From a virus (Duplodnaviria; Caudoviricetes): a stretch of DNA of 40,695 nt. A program made the position numbers and the translations under genes. The notes beneath the pieces are model-generated. The model saw only the letters and a program-made list of their open reading frames with translations. It was not told the DNA's origin and made no database searches. Positions 33,016 to 40,695 of the stretch are shown one piece after another. How positions within the stretch are numbered: position 1 is the stretch's first letter; the number at the start of each line of letters is the position of its first letter. The stretch is taken from the IMG/VR virus record IMGVR_UViG_3300002301_000003, positions 1 through 40,695 of that record; one strand, 5' to 3'.

Positions 33016-34559
33016 ACATACTCCGCTACCTAGTCCTCGCCGCCGTGATGCTCGCGTCCCCGGCGCGGGCGCAGACCGCGCTTCCTATCTCTGCGCTCCC
33101 GGCTGCATCTACGCTCACCGGCACGGAGATCGTCCCCATCGTCCAGGGCGCCATCACGCGGCGCACGACGGTATCCTCTGTCAGCTCGGCGGGGCTGCCT
33201 GCACTGACCCCGGCATCGAGTTCGGCGGGCATGTCCTCGGTGTGCGTCACGCCGGGTACATCGGGGAGCGCGCAGCTCTGCACTCCCACGCAGATCGTCA
33301 ACAGCGTCAGCGTGATCCAGATCGGCGGGGCGGGCAACAACGGGCCCTTCAATGTTCTCGCGCCTAACGGCGCAGCGACCACGGGGTTTCTGTCGAATAG
33401 CGGCGACCCCACGACCAATTGGTTCGTCCTTCGCGATGCATACCTCGGCAACCGCCAGAGCGGCTTTGGCTCGATGGGGTATACCAGTGCCGCCACGGGC
33501 AACGGCAGCACGGCGACGTACACATATACAGGCGCGGCAATGACCGTAGGTCACACCCTTGTCGCGGCGGGCTTCACCCCGGCAGCATTCAACGGCAGCT
33601 TCACAATCACCGCCGCCAGCACCAACAGCGTAACCGTCACCAGCACAGCCAACGGAACCGCCACCACGCAGGGCTATTTCTGGGATGCCAGCGCGGCGGG
33701 CAACGGCAGCGGCCCTCGTCTCGATTTCCAAAGCCCGAACTCTGCGGGCGTGATGCGGGATGCGGCAGGTATCAACTGCGGCCTGATCTCGGCAACAGCG
33801 GGCAGCGAATCGACCGACTGCGATTTCGACGGGTGGCGTTCGGGGTCAAATGTGATTCTTGCCGCGCTCGACGCGAGCCGCCCCGCATTTGTCCCCGGGA
33901 CAGACGGCGGGTTCGCCCTAGGCGATCTGTCGCTTGGAGGCTCGCACAGCCTCAATCGCTGGTCCTACGGGTACTTCGCGACGAGTGTTTGCGTGGCGTG
34001 CACGGCGGCGGCACCCACCTCGCCGTTCCAAGCCAATGTCGCGGCGAACAGTAATATCGGCGTCGATCTTGAGGCATCGTCTGGCTATGTCAAGCTGCTC
34101 CCCTCGATGTCAAACGTGGCGTACAATGGTATTGTGCGGGCGGGCGACGCGGCGCTGCTCTATGCTTCCGGTGGGTTCTTTGACATCATCCCAGCCAGTG
34201 GGGCGACCAGCGGCGCGAGGTGGGACGCGAATGGCAATCTGGTGGAAACCGGCAGCATCACCGTCACCGCTGCGCTGATCAAGGGCGGCTCTGCGCCCAC
34301 CCTTGCCGGCACCTGCACCGCCGGCACGCAGGTCGGCGGCAACACGGCGGGCAGCTTCAAGTTCAGCGCCGCCTGCACCGCCGGCACGGTGATCATCACC
34401 TTCGCCTCGTCCGCACCCACGGGCTGGGCCTGCCGCGTAAACGATATGACGACCCCGGCGGATGCGCTGAACCAGACGGCCTATACCACCACCACCGCCA
34501 CCATCACCGGCACAGCGGCCAGCGCTGACCAGGTGGTCTTTCTCTGCGAGGCATTCTGA
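33012..34559 (+). CDS. Putative tail fibre/spike protein with signal-peptide-like N-terminus
   Basis: MNILRYLVLAAVMLASPARA|Q, then ISALPAA..LTGTEIVPIVQG; G/A/T/S-rich with many Cys. Confidence 0.7.
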   Translation: MNILRYLVLAAVMLASPARAQTALPISALPAASTLTGTEIVPIVQGAITRRTTVSSVSSAGLPALTPASSSAGMSSVCVTPGTSGSAQLCTPTQIVNSVSVIQIGGAGNNGPFNVLAPNGAATTGFLSNSGDPTTNWFVLRDAYLGNRQSGFGSMGYTSAATGNGSTATYTYTGAAMTVGHTLVAAGFTPAAFNGSFTITAASTNSVTVTSTANGTATTQGYFWDASAAGNGSGPRLDFQSPNSAGVMRDAAGINCGLISATAGSESTDCDFDGWRSGSNVILAALDASRPAFVPGTDGGFALGDLSLGGSHSLNRWSYGYFATSVCVACTAAAPTSPFQANVAANSNIGVDLEASSGYVKLLPSMSNVAYNGIVRAGDAALLYASGGFFDIIPASGATSGARWDANGNLVETGSITVTAALIKGGSAPTLAGTCTAGTQVGGNTAGSFKFSAACTAGTVIITFASSAPTGWACRVNDMTTPADALNQTAYTTTTATITGTAASADQVVFLCEAF

Positions 34560-34614
34560 CGAACCTTTACCTCTACCCCCGCGCGTGGCATAAGGCACGA
34601 GAAGGAGACGAACG

Positions 34615-34773
34615 ATGAGTAAGTCCAACATGCTTGAAGGCATGACCACCAAGAGCGCTGAGGCCCCCAGCGGCTACGCCATCGACAAGATGGCGACCAA
34701 GATGGGCACTGGCGACATTGGTCGTAAAGACCCGGCGCCCAAGGTCAAGTCGATCGGTGGCCGGGTTGCGTGA
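34615..34773 (+). CDS. Small basic protein (52 aa; not in ORF track)
   Basis: AAGGAG RBS; MSKSNMLEGMTTK...IGGRVA; GTGA overlap with next gene. Confidence 0.65.
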   Translation: MSKSNMLEGMTTKSAEAPSGYAIDKMATKMGTGDIGRKDPAPKVKSIGGRVA

Positions 34774-35279
34774 ACGCCTTCACGCCAATCGGTTTCTATG
34801 ACCTAGCCAACCTGTTCGCCGGCTACGTCGGCAAGCATAAGCGCGCACTGGTCGAGAGCCAGAACCCTCGGCACACGGGGGTCCGGTATCTCGACCTGCT
34901 TCGCGACAAGGAGAGGTCAGAGACGCTGGAGGCGTGGCCCGGCGCGCAGTCGTTCCTGCAACGGGTCGAGCGCAAGCTCACTGACCTTCCTAGCGCTCCG
35001 ACGCTGGAGCACGCTTACATCGTCGCCTTCGACCCGGAAGGGTTTGAGGCGTGGGGCCGAGAGGAGGTGATCAGAGGTCTGATGCGGGTCGAGGTTCTCC
35101 TCGCACCCGCGCCGGGGTTCAGGGTGTACTCAGGCAACGAAGCCATTGCCCCCGTGCCGTGGGTTGCGACGGTCGTCAACTCCGAGGCACCCTCCTCGCG
35201 CAGCAACTTTAATGCGCCCAACACGGCGCACCAACTGGTCTTGGAACTGGCGCTTGATGTAGGAGCCACCGATGTTTAA
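34770..35279 (+). CDS. Degenerate Asp/Asn beta-hydroxylase-like (2OG-Fe(II) fold) protein
   Basis: Strand pattern matches AspH-like proteins by eye, but the metal-binding His residues are absent. Confidence 0.5.
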   Translation: MNAFTPIGFYDLANLFAGYVGKHKRALVESQNPRHTGVRYLDLLRDKERSETLEAWPGAQSFLQRVERKLTDLPSAPTLEHAYIVAFDPEGFEAWGREEVIRGLMRVEVLLAPAPGFRVYSGNEAIAPVPWVATVVNSEAPSSRSNFNAPNTAHQLVLELALDVGATDV

Positions 35280-36099
35280 GAAGATTGCCCTCGCCGCGCT
35301 CTTGCTGTTTCCGGGCGCGGCCCTCGCACAGAACGCCACAACGGCGCAGCCCGCCTACCTCGGCGGCAACCCGGTGACAGTCTACCAGTCGTGGTCTCCG
35401 AATGGCGACGGCACTTACTCTCCGCTCGGACAGTCCGGGGGGAACGTGGCTTCCGGCACCGCCGACACTGGCAACCCGATCAAGATAGGTGGCGTTGTTG
35501 ATACGAACCCAAGCGCGACCGTTCTGACAACAGGCAGCCGCGCCAACCTGCGCAGCAACCCCACTGGCGAACTATATGTCGCTGCTGGCACATACGCAGG
35601 GACGGCAGGCACGGACAGCATTGCGTCTCTTTATGGTTTTTCCGGTAGGATAGGGGCCACCTCTAACCCTGTCCCTGTCGCCATGGCTTCTTACATATTC
35701 AACGGTGCGGCGTTCGATAGACAGCGCGGGAACATCGATACCGCCGCGCTCGTCACCCTCACCGCCGCCAGTGCCGGCGTCAACAGCGCAGACCAAACCA
35801 ATTACAATGGTCGCGGGGTAAAGGTAGGGGTCAACGTCACCGCGCTCTCAGGCACGGCCCCAACGCTGACCGTAACGGTGCAGGGTAAGGACGCTGCGAG
35901 TGGGGTGTACTATAACCTACTCGTCGGTACTGTAATTGCAGCGACAGGCTTTACCACCCTGACGCTCTACCCCGGCGAAACTGTGTCGGCCAACGTGTCG
36001 TCGAGCGATGTGCTGCCTCGGACATGGCGCATCGTCACCACGATTGGCGGCACCACTCCGGCAGTCACGGCCACCGTTGGCGCTTCGGTCATCAACTAG
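35272..36099 (+). CDS. Beta-rich virion-module protein with signal-peptide-like N-terminus
   Basis: MFKKIALAALLLFPGAALA|Q; AGGAG RBS. Confidence 0.7.
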   Translation: MFKKIALAALLLFPGAALAQNATTAQPAYLGGNPVTVYQSWSPNGDGTYSPLGQSGGNVASGTADTGNPIKIGGVVDTNPSATVLTTGSRANLRSNPTGELYVAAGTYAGTAGTDSIASLYGFSGRIGATSNPVPVAMASYIFNGAAFDRQRGNIDTAALVTLTAASAGVNSADQTNYNGRGVKVGVNVTALSGTAPTLTVTVQGKDAASGVYYNLLVGTVIAATGFTTLTLYPGETVSANVSSSDVLPRTWRIVTTIGGTTPAVTATVGASVIN

Positions 36100-36113
36100 G
36101 TGGCCAGAGCAGC

Positions 36114-36581
36114 ATGACCCTTTCACTGGCGTGGGAGCCAATAGACAGGCTGCTGGACGAGGGTGTCGAAGACCTTCTGTTCAAGCACTGGCAGGAGGTG
36201 GCGAGGGATCGCGGACGCATTCCGCTTGATCCCGACTGGGACAAGGCCCGCCAGCTTGAGCGTGACAAGATACTCTGGACCGCTGCACTGCGCAGAGACG
36301 GCAGGCTGATAGGTTACAACTCGATGTGTGTTCACCCGCACATCCATTACCGCACGACGCTCCACGCGGTGAACGATGTCGTCTATGTGGACCCGGCAGA
36401 GCGCGGCAGCGCTGGCGTCAGGCTGGTCAAGGGCACAGAGGCGATGCTCAAGAACATGGGTGTCGTAAAAGTGATCTACCATACCAAGCTGACGCAGATC
36501 GGCGGCAAGCACACGGTAGGTGACTTGCTGTCCGTCTTGGGCTACACGCACTTCGAGAACCTTTACTGCAAACTTCTGTGA
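36114..36581 (+). CDS. GNAT-family acetyltransferase
   Basis: GRLIGY, VYVDPAERGSAGVRLVKGTE, LGY. Confidence 0.85.
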   Translation: MTLSLAWEPIDRLLDEGVEDLLFKHWQEVARDRGRIPLDPDWDKARQLERDKILWTAALRRDGRLIGYNSMCVHPHIHYRTTLHAVNDVVYVDPAERGSAGVRLVKGTEAMLKNMGVVKVIYHTKLTQIGGKHTVGDLLSVLGYTHFENLYCKLL

Positions 36582-36588
36582 GGCGAAT

Positions 36589-37410
36589 ATGGGCGGCTCT
36601 TCGGCACCGATGGCGTACACGCCGGCCAACCAGGCCGGTGCCGATGCGTCGTACACCTCGACACTAAACGGCCTCACCGCTGGCGACACGGCGAACTACA
36701 ACACCGCCAGCACTGGCTTCAACCAGACCTATCAGAACGTCCAGAACAACCCTTACTACCCGCAGGCGCAACTGGGCATCAATGCCTCTGGCGCGCAGCA
36801 GTATGCTAGTGGGACGGCGGACATAAGCAACGCCAACACGTTGAACGGCCTCGCCCCGTCGATTATCGCCAGCGGCTTCGACCCGACCTCTGCGCTCTAC
36901 AACAACGGCCTCAAGAGCGCACAGGACGCGCAGTCGATTGCCTCGTCACAGGCCGGGGTGGCGGGTTCTCCGTTCGCCGCCGGGATGCAGGGCGACGCGA
37001 CGACCGGCTTCAACATGAACTGGCAGGCGCAGCAGGCACAGAAGCAGCAGCAGGCCATCGCCGCGCTGGCGTCGCTGTTCAGCAATTCTGCCAGCACTGC
37101 GGCCACAGGCGCGCAGCAGCAGCAGGCAGGCGCTGCTGCGCCCGCTCAGGTGTACAACGCCAACCAGTCGTCGATCATGCAGGCGCTGGGGAACTTGGTT
37201 AACGGTACGGGATCGTCCTCCAGCACTGTCAACAACGACGTCAGCCAGTACGGCAAGTATCTCGGCATCGGGCAGAACGCAACACAGATCAACGACCAAG
37301 CGACATCGCAGAACAACACGCAGGGCGGTTTGATGGGGGCCCTGGGATCAATATACGGTATGACCAGTCAGGCGGGCCCGCAAGTGGCGATGGCGATGGC
37401 GGGGGCCTGA
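36589..37410 (+). CDS. Ejection (pilot) protein 1
   Basis: MGGSS start; Q/A/N/G-rich; GLMGALG C-terminus; follows GNAT. Confidence 0.7.
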   Translation: MGGSSAPMAYTPANQAGADASYTSTLNGLTAGDTANYNTASTGFNQTYQNVQNNPYYPQAQLGINASGAQQYASGTADISNANTLNGLAPSIIASGFDPTSALYNNGLKSAQDAQSIASSQAGVAGSPFAAGMQGDATTGFNMNWQAQQAQKQQQAIAALASLFSNSASTAATGAQQQQAGAAAPAQVYNANQSSIMQALGNLVNGTGSSSSTVNNDVSQYGKYLGIGQNATQINDQATSQNNTQGGLMGALGSIYGMTSQAGPQVAMAMAGA

Positions 37411-37411
37411 C

Positions 37412-38581
37412 ATGAGCATGAACATCGGCAACCTGAATAACTTCTTCCAAGCGTTGCAGGCGAGCCAGCAGAACGCGCAGCAACAACAGCTACGCGCACA
37501 GCAGATAGCGAATGCGAAGGCCGAGGCCGGCGCACAGACCGCCGTGGGCAAGGGTCTCGTACCAATACCCACGGCCCCGAATCTCTCCGCCCTTGGCTCT
37601 CTTGGTCAGGGCGCCCCTGTACAACAGCCGCAAACGGCCAGTCCGTCTAATCTATCGGCCCTTGGGGCTCTCGCCCAAGGAACCCCCGCGCCGTCGCAGG
37701 CTCAGGGGTCACAACAGCCGGCTCCTATCCCGACAGGTCCAGTGCCCGCAGGCGCGTCGTTTGCGCAGGCGTTTGGTCAGCAGGGGCCGAGCACCCCGGC
37801 CCCTCAGACACAGGCCCCTCAGACACAGGCCCCTCAGACACAGGCCCAGACAGACACTCCGGTCATGGACGACCCCGTTGTCGAGGCCCAGAAGATACAA
37901 ACGAATATCGCTCAGAACATCAAGGCGCAGAACCCCGGCATTGACCCGCGAACTTTGTTCTTGGCCGTGCAGCAGCAGCTAGAGCTTGTCAGAGGGGTGT
38001 CTCCCCTGACCAAGGCGGCGATGAGCGCGCAGAGCGCCATGCTCAGCTACCAGTTGAAAAGGGACGCATTGCAGCAGCGTATCGCGTCGGAAGACCAACG
38101 ATGGCAGGTCAACCGGCAAAATGCCAACTCTCGCGAGGAACGCAACCGGATCGACGAGGCGCACTTCAAGGCGATGGAGGCGCTGGGCCAAGGGCGGATC
38201 GACGAAGGGTACGCGGGCATCGAAGAGCACGGCATGGCCGCCGCCGGCCATGACGCCACAACACTCAAGGCTACCGAGATGCGCGACGCGACATCGCGAG
38301 CCAACAACGCGGACACCAATGCGCGGCAGGACCGAGGTTCCAACCAGCGGCAGGACGCCCAGCGCCAACAGAACTACCGCTCGGTTTACGCCGCGTATCT
38401 GCGCGCACACCCTAAGGACCAAGCAGGGGCGGTAAGGGCCGCTCGCGAGGCATCTGGCGGAGGTGCGCCTTCATCTGGCGGAGGTGGTGCGCCCGTAAAG
38501 GTCAGCACCCCAGAGCAGGCTCGCAAGCTGCCCAAGGGGACGCATTTTGTTACCCCCGACGGTCGCCAGTTCGTAGCGTAG
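37412..38581 (+). CDS. Ejection protein 2
   Basis: Q/P/A-rich with coiled coil; ends KLPKGTHFVTPDGRQFVA. Confidence 0.7.
   Translation: MSMNIGNLNNFFQALQASQQNAQQQQLRAQQIANAKAEAGAQTAVGKGLVPIPTAPNLSALGSLGQGAPVQQPQTASPSNLSALGALAQGTPAPSQAQGSQQPAPIPTGPVPAGASFAQAFGQQGPSTPAPQTQAPQTQAPQTQAQTDTPVMDDPVVEAQKIQTNIAQNIKAQNPGIDPRTLFLAVQQQLELVRGVSPLTKAAMSAQSAMLSYQLKRDALQQRIASEDQRWQVNRQNANSREERNRIDEAHFKAMEALGQGRIDEGYAGIEEHGMAAAGHDATTLKATEMRDATSRANNADTNARQDRGSNQRQDAQRQQNYRSVYAAYLRAHPKDQAGAVRAAREASGGGAPSSGGGGAPVKVSTPEQARKLPKGTHFVTPDGRQFVA
37798..37842. repeat. 15-bp tandem repeat x3 (APQTQ)
   Basis: Unit GGCCCCTCAGACACA. Confidence 0.9.
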
Positions 38582-38582
38582 C

Positions 38583-40695
38583 ATGGCCGACCCGTGGGCA
38601 TCCTTCACCCCCGTGAAACCCGCAGCCGCAGACCCTTGGTCTGGGTTCCGCCCTGCCGCTCTGGATTCTGGGACAGCACAGACGAGGCCCCGTGCTGCTT
38701 CGCCCGCACTCCCTCGAAGCCGGTATGGCTCGGAGATTGAGAGCGAGGCCCTCCGCCTCGATCCTTCGCTCCGCGTTACAGGCCGCGAGCGCACGGCGAC
38801 GCGCAATGCCCAAGTCGGCGGCGTCCCCAACAGCGCTCACCTCACCGACAACGCCAGAGACTTCGGCGTCGGACCTGGAGAGACGCTAGAGCAAGCCCGC
38901 TCTCGTCTCCAGAAGACATTCGGGCCCAAGGGTTATAAGGTGCTGCTGGAGGGGGCTGGCGCTGCGCACTCGACGGCTCCGCATCTGCACATCGAGGCCA
39001 CGTCGTCAGCGCAGGACTTCCCAGCCGGTGATCCGTGGGCCGGGTTCAAGCCCGCCCCCGCTAAGGCCGCTGCGCCCGCCAAGCCTGCACCAGTCCACAA
39101 GCCCGCACCGGACCCTTACGCCGGGCGCGCGTACCACCAAGGGCCCTACGGCAACAGCACCCTGTCGGCTCCCGCACCCCGCTCGCTCTTGGAGCGCGCC
39201 AAGGACGCGATGCACGACGAAGCCTACAGCACGTCGCTGATGCAGACGGCTGGCGACGCGGTGTTCAGCCACATCCCCGGCATGAAGCGGCAGATCGTGG
39301 CCCAGCGTGCGAACGAGGCCGGGATGCGCGACAGGCGCGACAGCGCAGACCCCGCGTGGCACCCCGGCTGGGCAAACCTACCGGGCAACCTGGCGCGAAA
39401 AAGCGCAGAGATAATCGGCGGCACGGTCGGCGGTGTAGACCCTACTTACCTCATCGGCGGACCGGGGAAGAACATCGCGCGGCGGGCAGCTTTCCAAGGC
39501 GGGTTCCAAGGCTTCCGCGATTCGGCGCAGCAGCTTCTGCGGATGCACGCAGGACAGCAAGACAAGTTCGACCCCTCTGAGGCAGGAAAGGCCGCTGCCG
39601 GTGGCGCGCTGCTGCACGCTGGCGGAGAAGCTGCGGCTCCTGTGCTGCACGCGGCGCTCCACCCCAGCGCAACCGCCGCTCGGGTCGGCGCAGGATATGC
39701 GGCTGGTGGAGTGCGCGGCGCGGCGCGCGCGGCCACCGACCGGGGCTTCGTCACTGGCAATCCCGAGAACTGGCGTTACACGGGCGGCACGCCCGGCGAG
39801 ATCAACAAGGCCGGCGCTAGGCGCGCAGCGTCTGCTGCGGGCAGGTCGAGCGCTGCGGCACCGTTCAACCCCGGCAACAGGAAGCGCGGTGCGGACCATG
39901 CGGTGCAGGTCATGGACGACGCGGCCAACGCTGGCCATATCCCGCGTGAGACGGCAGAGTTCGGCAAGTGGTTCGTCCGCAAGAACCCCACACTGGCCAA
40001 TGAGGTCAGCGTAACCGTGCAGCGCGGGGGTCGGGGGCTGCAAGGCTTCTACGACCCCACGTCAAGGCTGGTCGCGCTTATGAAGGGCGACACGATGGAC
40101 CGGACGGCGGTGCACGAACTGCTGCATCACACCGAGCGTCTGCTCCCCGACAAGTCACGCGAGGCTATCCGCACCGCGTGGTCTAAATCGGTCGACACAC
40201 TGGCTAGGGGGCCCGCCCACTTGCAGTCGTTCGCGAAAGCCATTCGAGATTTCGAGGCCAACCCAACGGAAGCAGGGCAGGAACGGGTCCAGCGGACTAT
40301 GCCGGGCATGAAGTATTACCAGTACGTCAACCCCTCGGAGTTCTGGGCGGAGAACGGATCGCGGCTACTGGCTGCGCGTCGGACTGCCGAAGGCGGGCGG
40401 TTCGCGGGTGCTGCGCTCTGGCTGAAAGAGTTCGCGGAGCACGCCAAGCATACGCTCGGGCTGCAATCCGACGCTCCCGCGTTGCGCGCTATCAACGACG
40501 TTCTAAGCCACAAGACCGGCAAGAGCGAAGGCTCGATGCTGACCGGGATCGGAAAGATTTCCGACCCGACGACCGCAGCGATGGCGGGGGCGAGCGAGCG
40601 CCCCGAGATCGGGCCGGCGGCGCGGCCACCTAGCAGCACCGCTCCGATCCTGCGGAGCGCCAAGGCTCTGCGCGAAGCGGTGAGCGGTGGCCACG
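38583..40695 (+). CDS. N-terminal part of large ejection protein with M15 and HExxH peptidase motifs (missed by ORF track)
   Basis: ATG 38583 with no stop found to the window end; RNAQVGGVPNSAHLTDNARD...HLHIE and GFYDP...VHELLH...SEFWAE. Confidence 0.85.
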   Translation, partial: MADPWASFTPVKPAAADPWSGFRPAALDSGTAQTRPRAASPALPRSRYGSEIESEALRLDPSLRVTGRERTATRNAQVGGVPNSAHLTDNARDFGVGPGETLEQARSRLQKTFGPKGYKVLLEGAGAAHSTAPHLHIEATSSAQDFPAGDPWAGFKPAPAKAAAPAKPAPVHKPAPDPYAGRAYHQGPYGNSTLSAPAPRSLLERAKDAMHDEAYSTSLMQTAGDAVFSHIPGMKRQIVAQRANEAGMRDRRDSADPAWHPGWANLPGNLARKSAEIIGGTVGGVDPTYLIGGPGKNIARRAAFQGGFQGFRDSAQQLLRMHAGQQDKFDPSEAGKAAAGGALLHAGGEAAAPVLHAALHPSATAARVGAGYAAGGVRGAARAATDRGFVTGNPENWRYTGGTPGEINKAGARRAASAAGRSSAAAPFNPGNRKRGADHAVQVMDDAANAGHIPRETAEFGKWFVRKNPTLANEVSVTVQRGGRGLQGFYDPTSRLVALMKGDTMDRTAVHELLHHTERLLPDKSREAIRTAWSKSVDTLARGPAHLQSFAKAIRDFEANPTEAGQERVQRTMPGMKYYQYVNPSEFWAENGSRLLAARRTAEGGRFAGAALWLKEFAEHAKHTLGLQSDAPALRAINDVLSHKTGKSEGSMLTGIGKISDPTTAAMAGASERPEIGPAARPPSSTAPILRSAKALREAVSGGH
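40625..40695. repeat. 71-bp terminal overlap, copy 2
   Basis: Identical to bases 1-71. Confidence 0.95.

Noticed and set aside
32023-36099. Diversity-generating retroelement targeting tail fibres
   Set aside because: No reverse transcriptase gene and no template/variable repeat pair seen; the 123-bp repeat elsewhere has only one mismatch.

Overview
The window is an apparently complete, circular podovirus-like phage genome of about 40,624 bp. Bases 1-71 are repeated exactly at 40625-40695. It is GC-rich; an alphaproteobacterial host is a guess from promoter style and gene content. Two arms diverge from a repeat-rich non-coding region at about 18.7-19.3 kb. The leftward (-) arm carries small early genes and a beta-clamp-like protein, followed by RuvC-like resolvase, C5-methyltransferase-like protein, SNF2 helicase, DUF2800-type exonuclease, SSB, family A DNA polymerase and primase-helicase. 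The rightward (+) arm carries lysis genes, terminase, portal, scaffold, N4-gp56-type capsid, tail genes, ejection proteins and a PurD-like ATP-grasp enzyme. No integrase, tRNA or CRISPR array was seen. Main findings: (1) a type II hammerhead ribozyme upstream of the clamp-like gene, among five related intergenic hairpins that may process the early transcript; (2) a possible virion-modification trio in the late arm (PurD-like ligase, GNAT, degenerate AspH-like protein); (3) two tail-module proteins with Sec-type signal peptides; (4) a ~1429-aa ejection protein spanning the contig junction with M15 and HExxH peptidase motifs; (5) a 123-bp direct repeat flanking a two-gene insertion; (6) a PolA with a zinc-finger insertion and an atypical O-helix. 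All family calls come from motif recognition by eye, not database searches.
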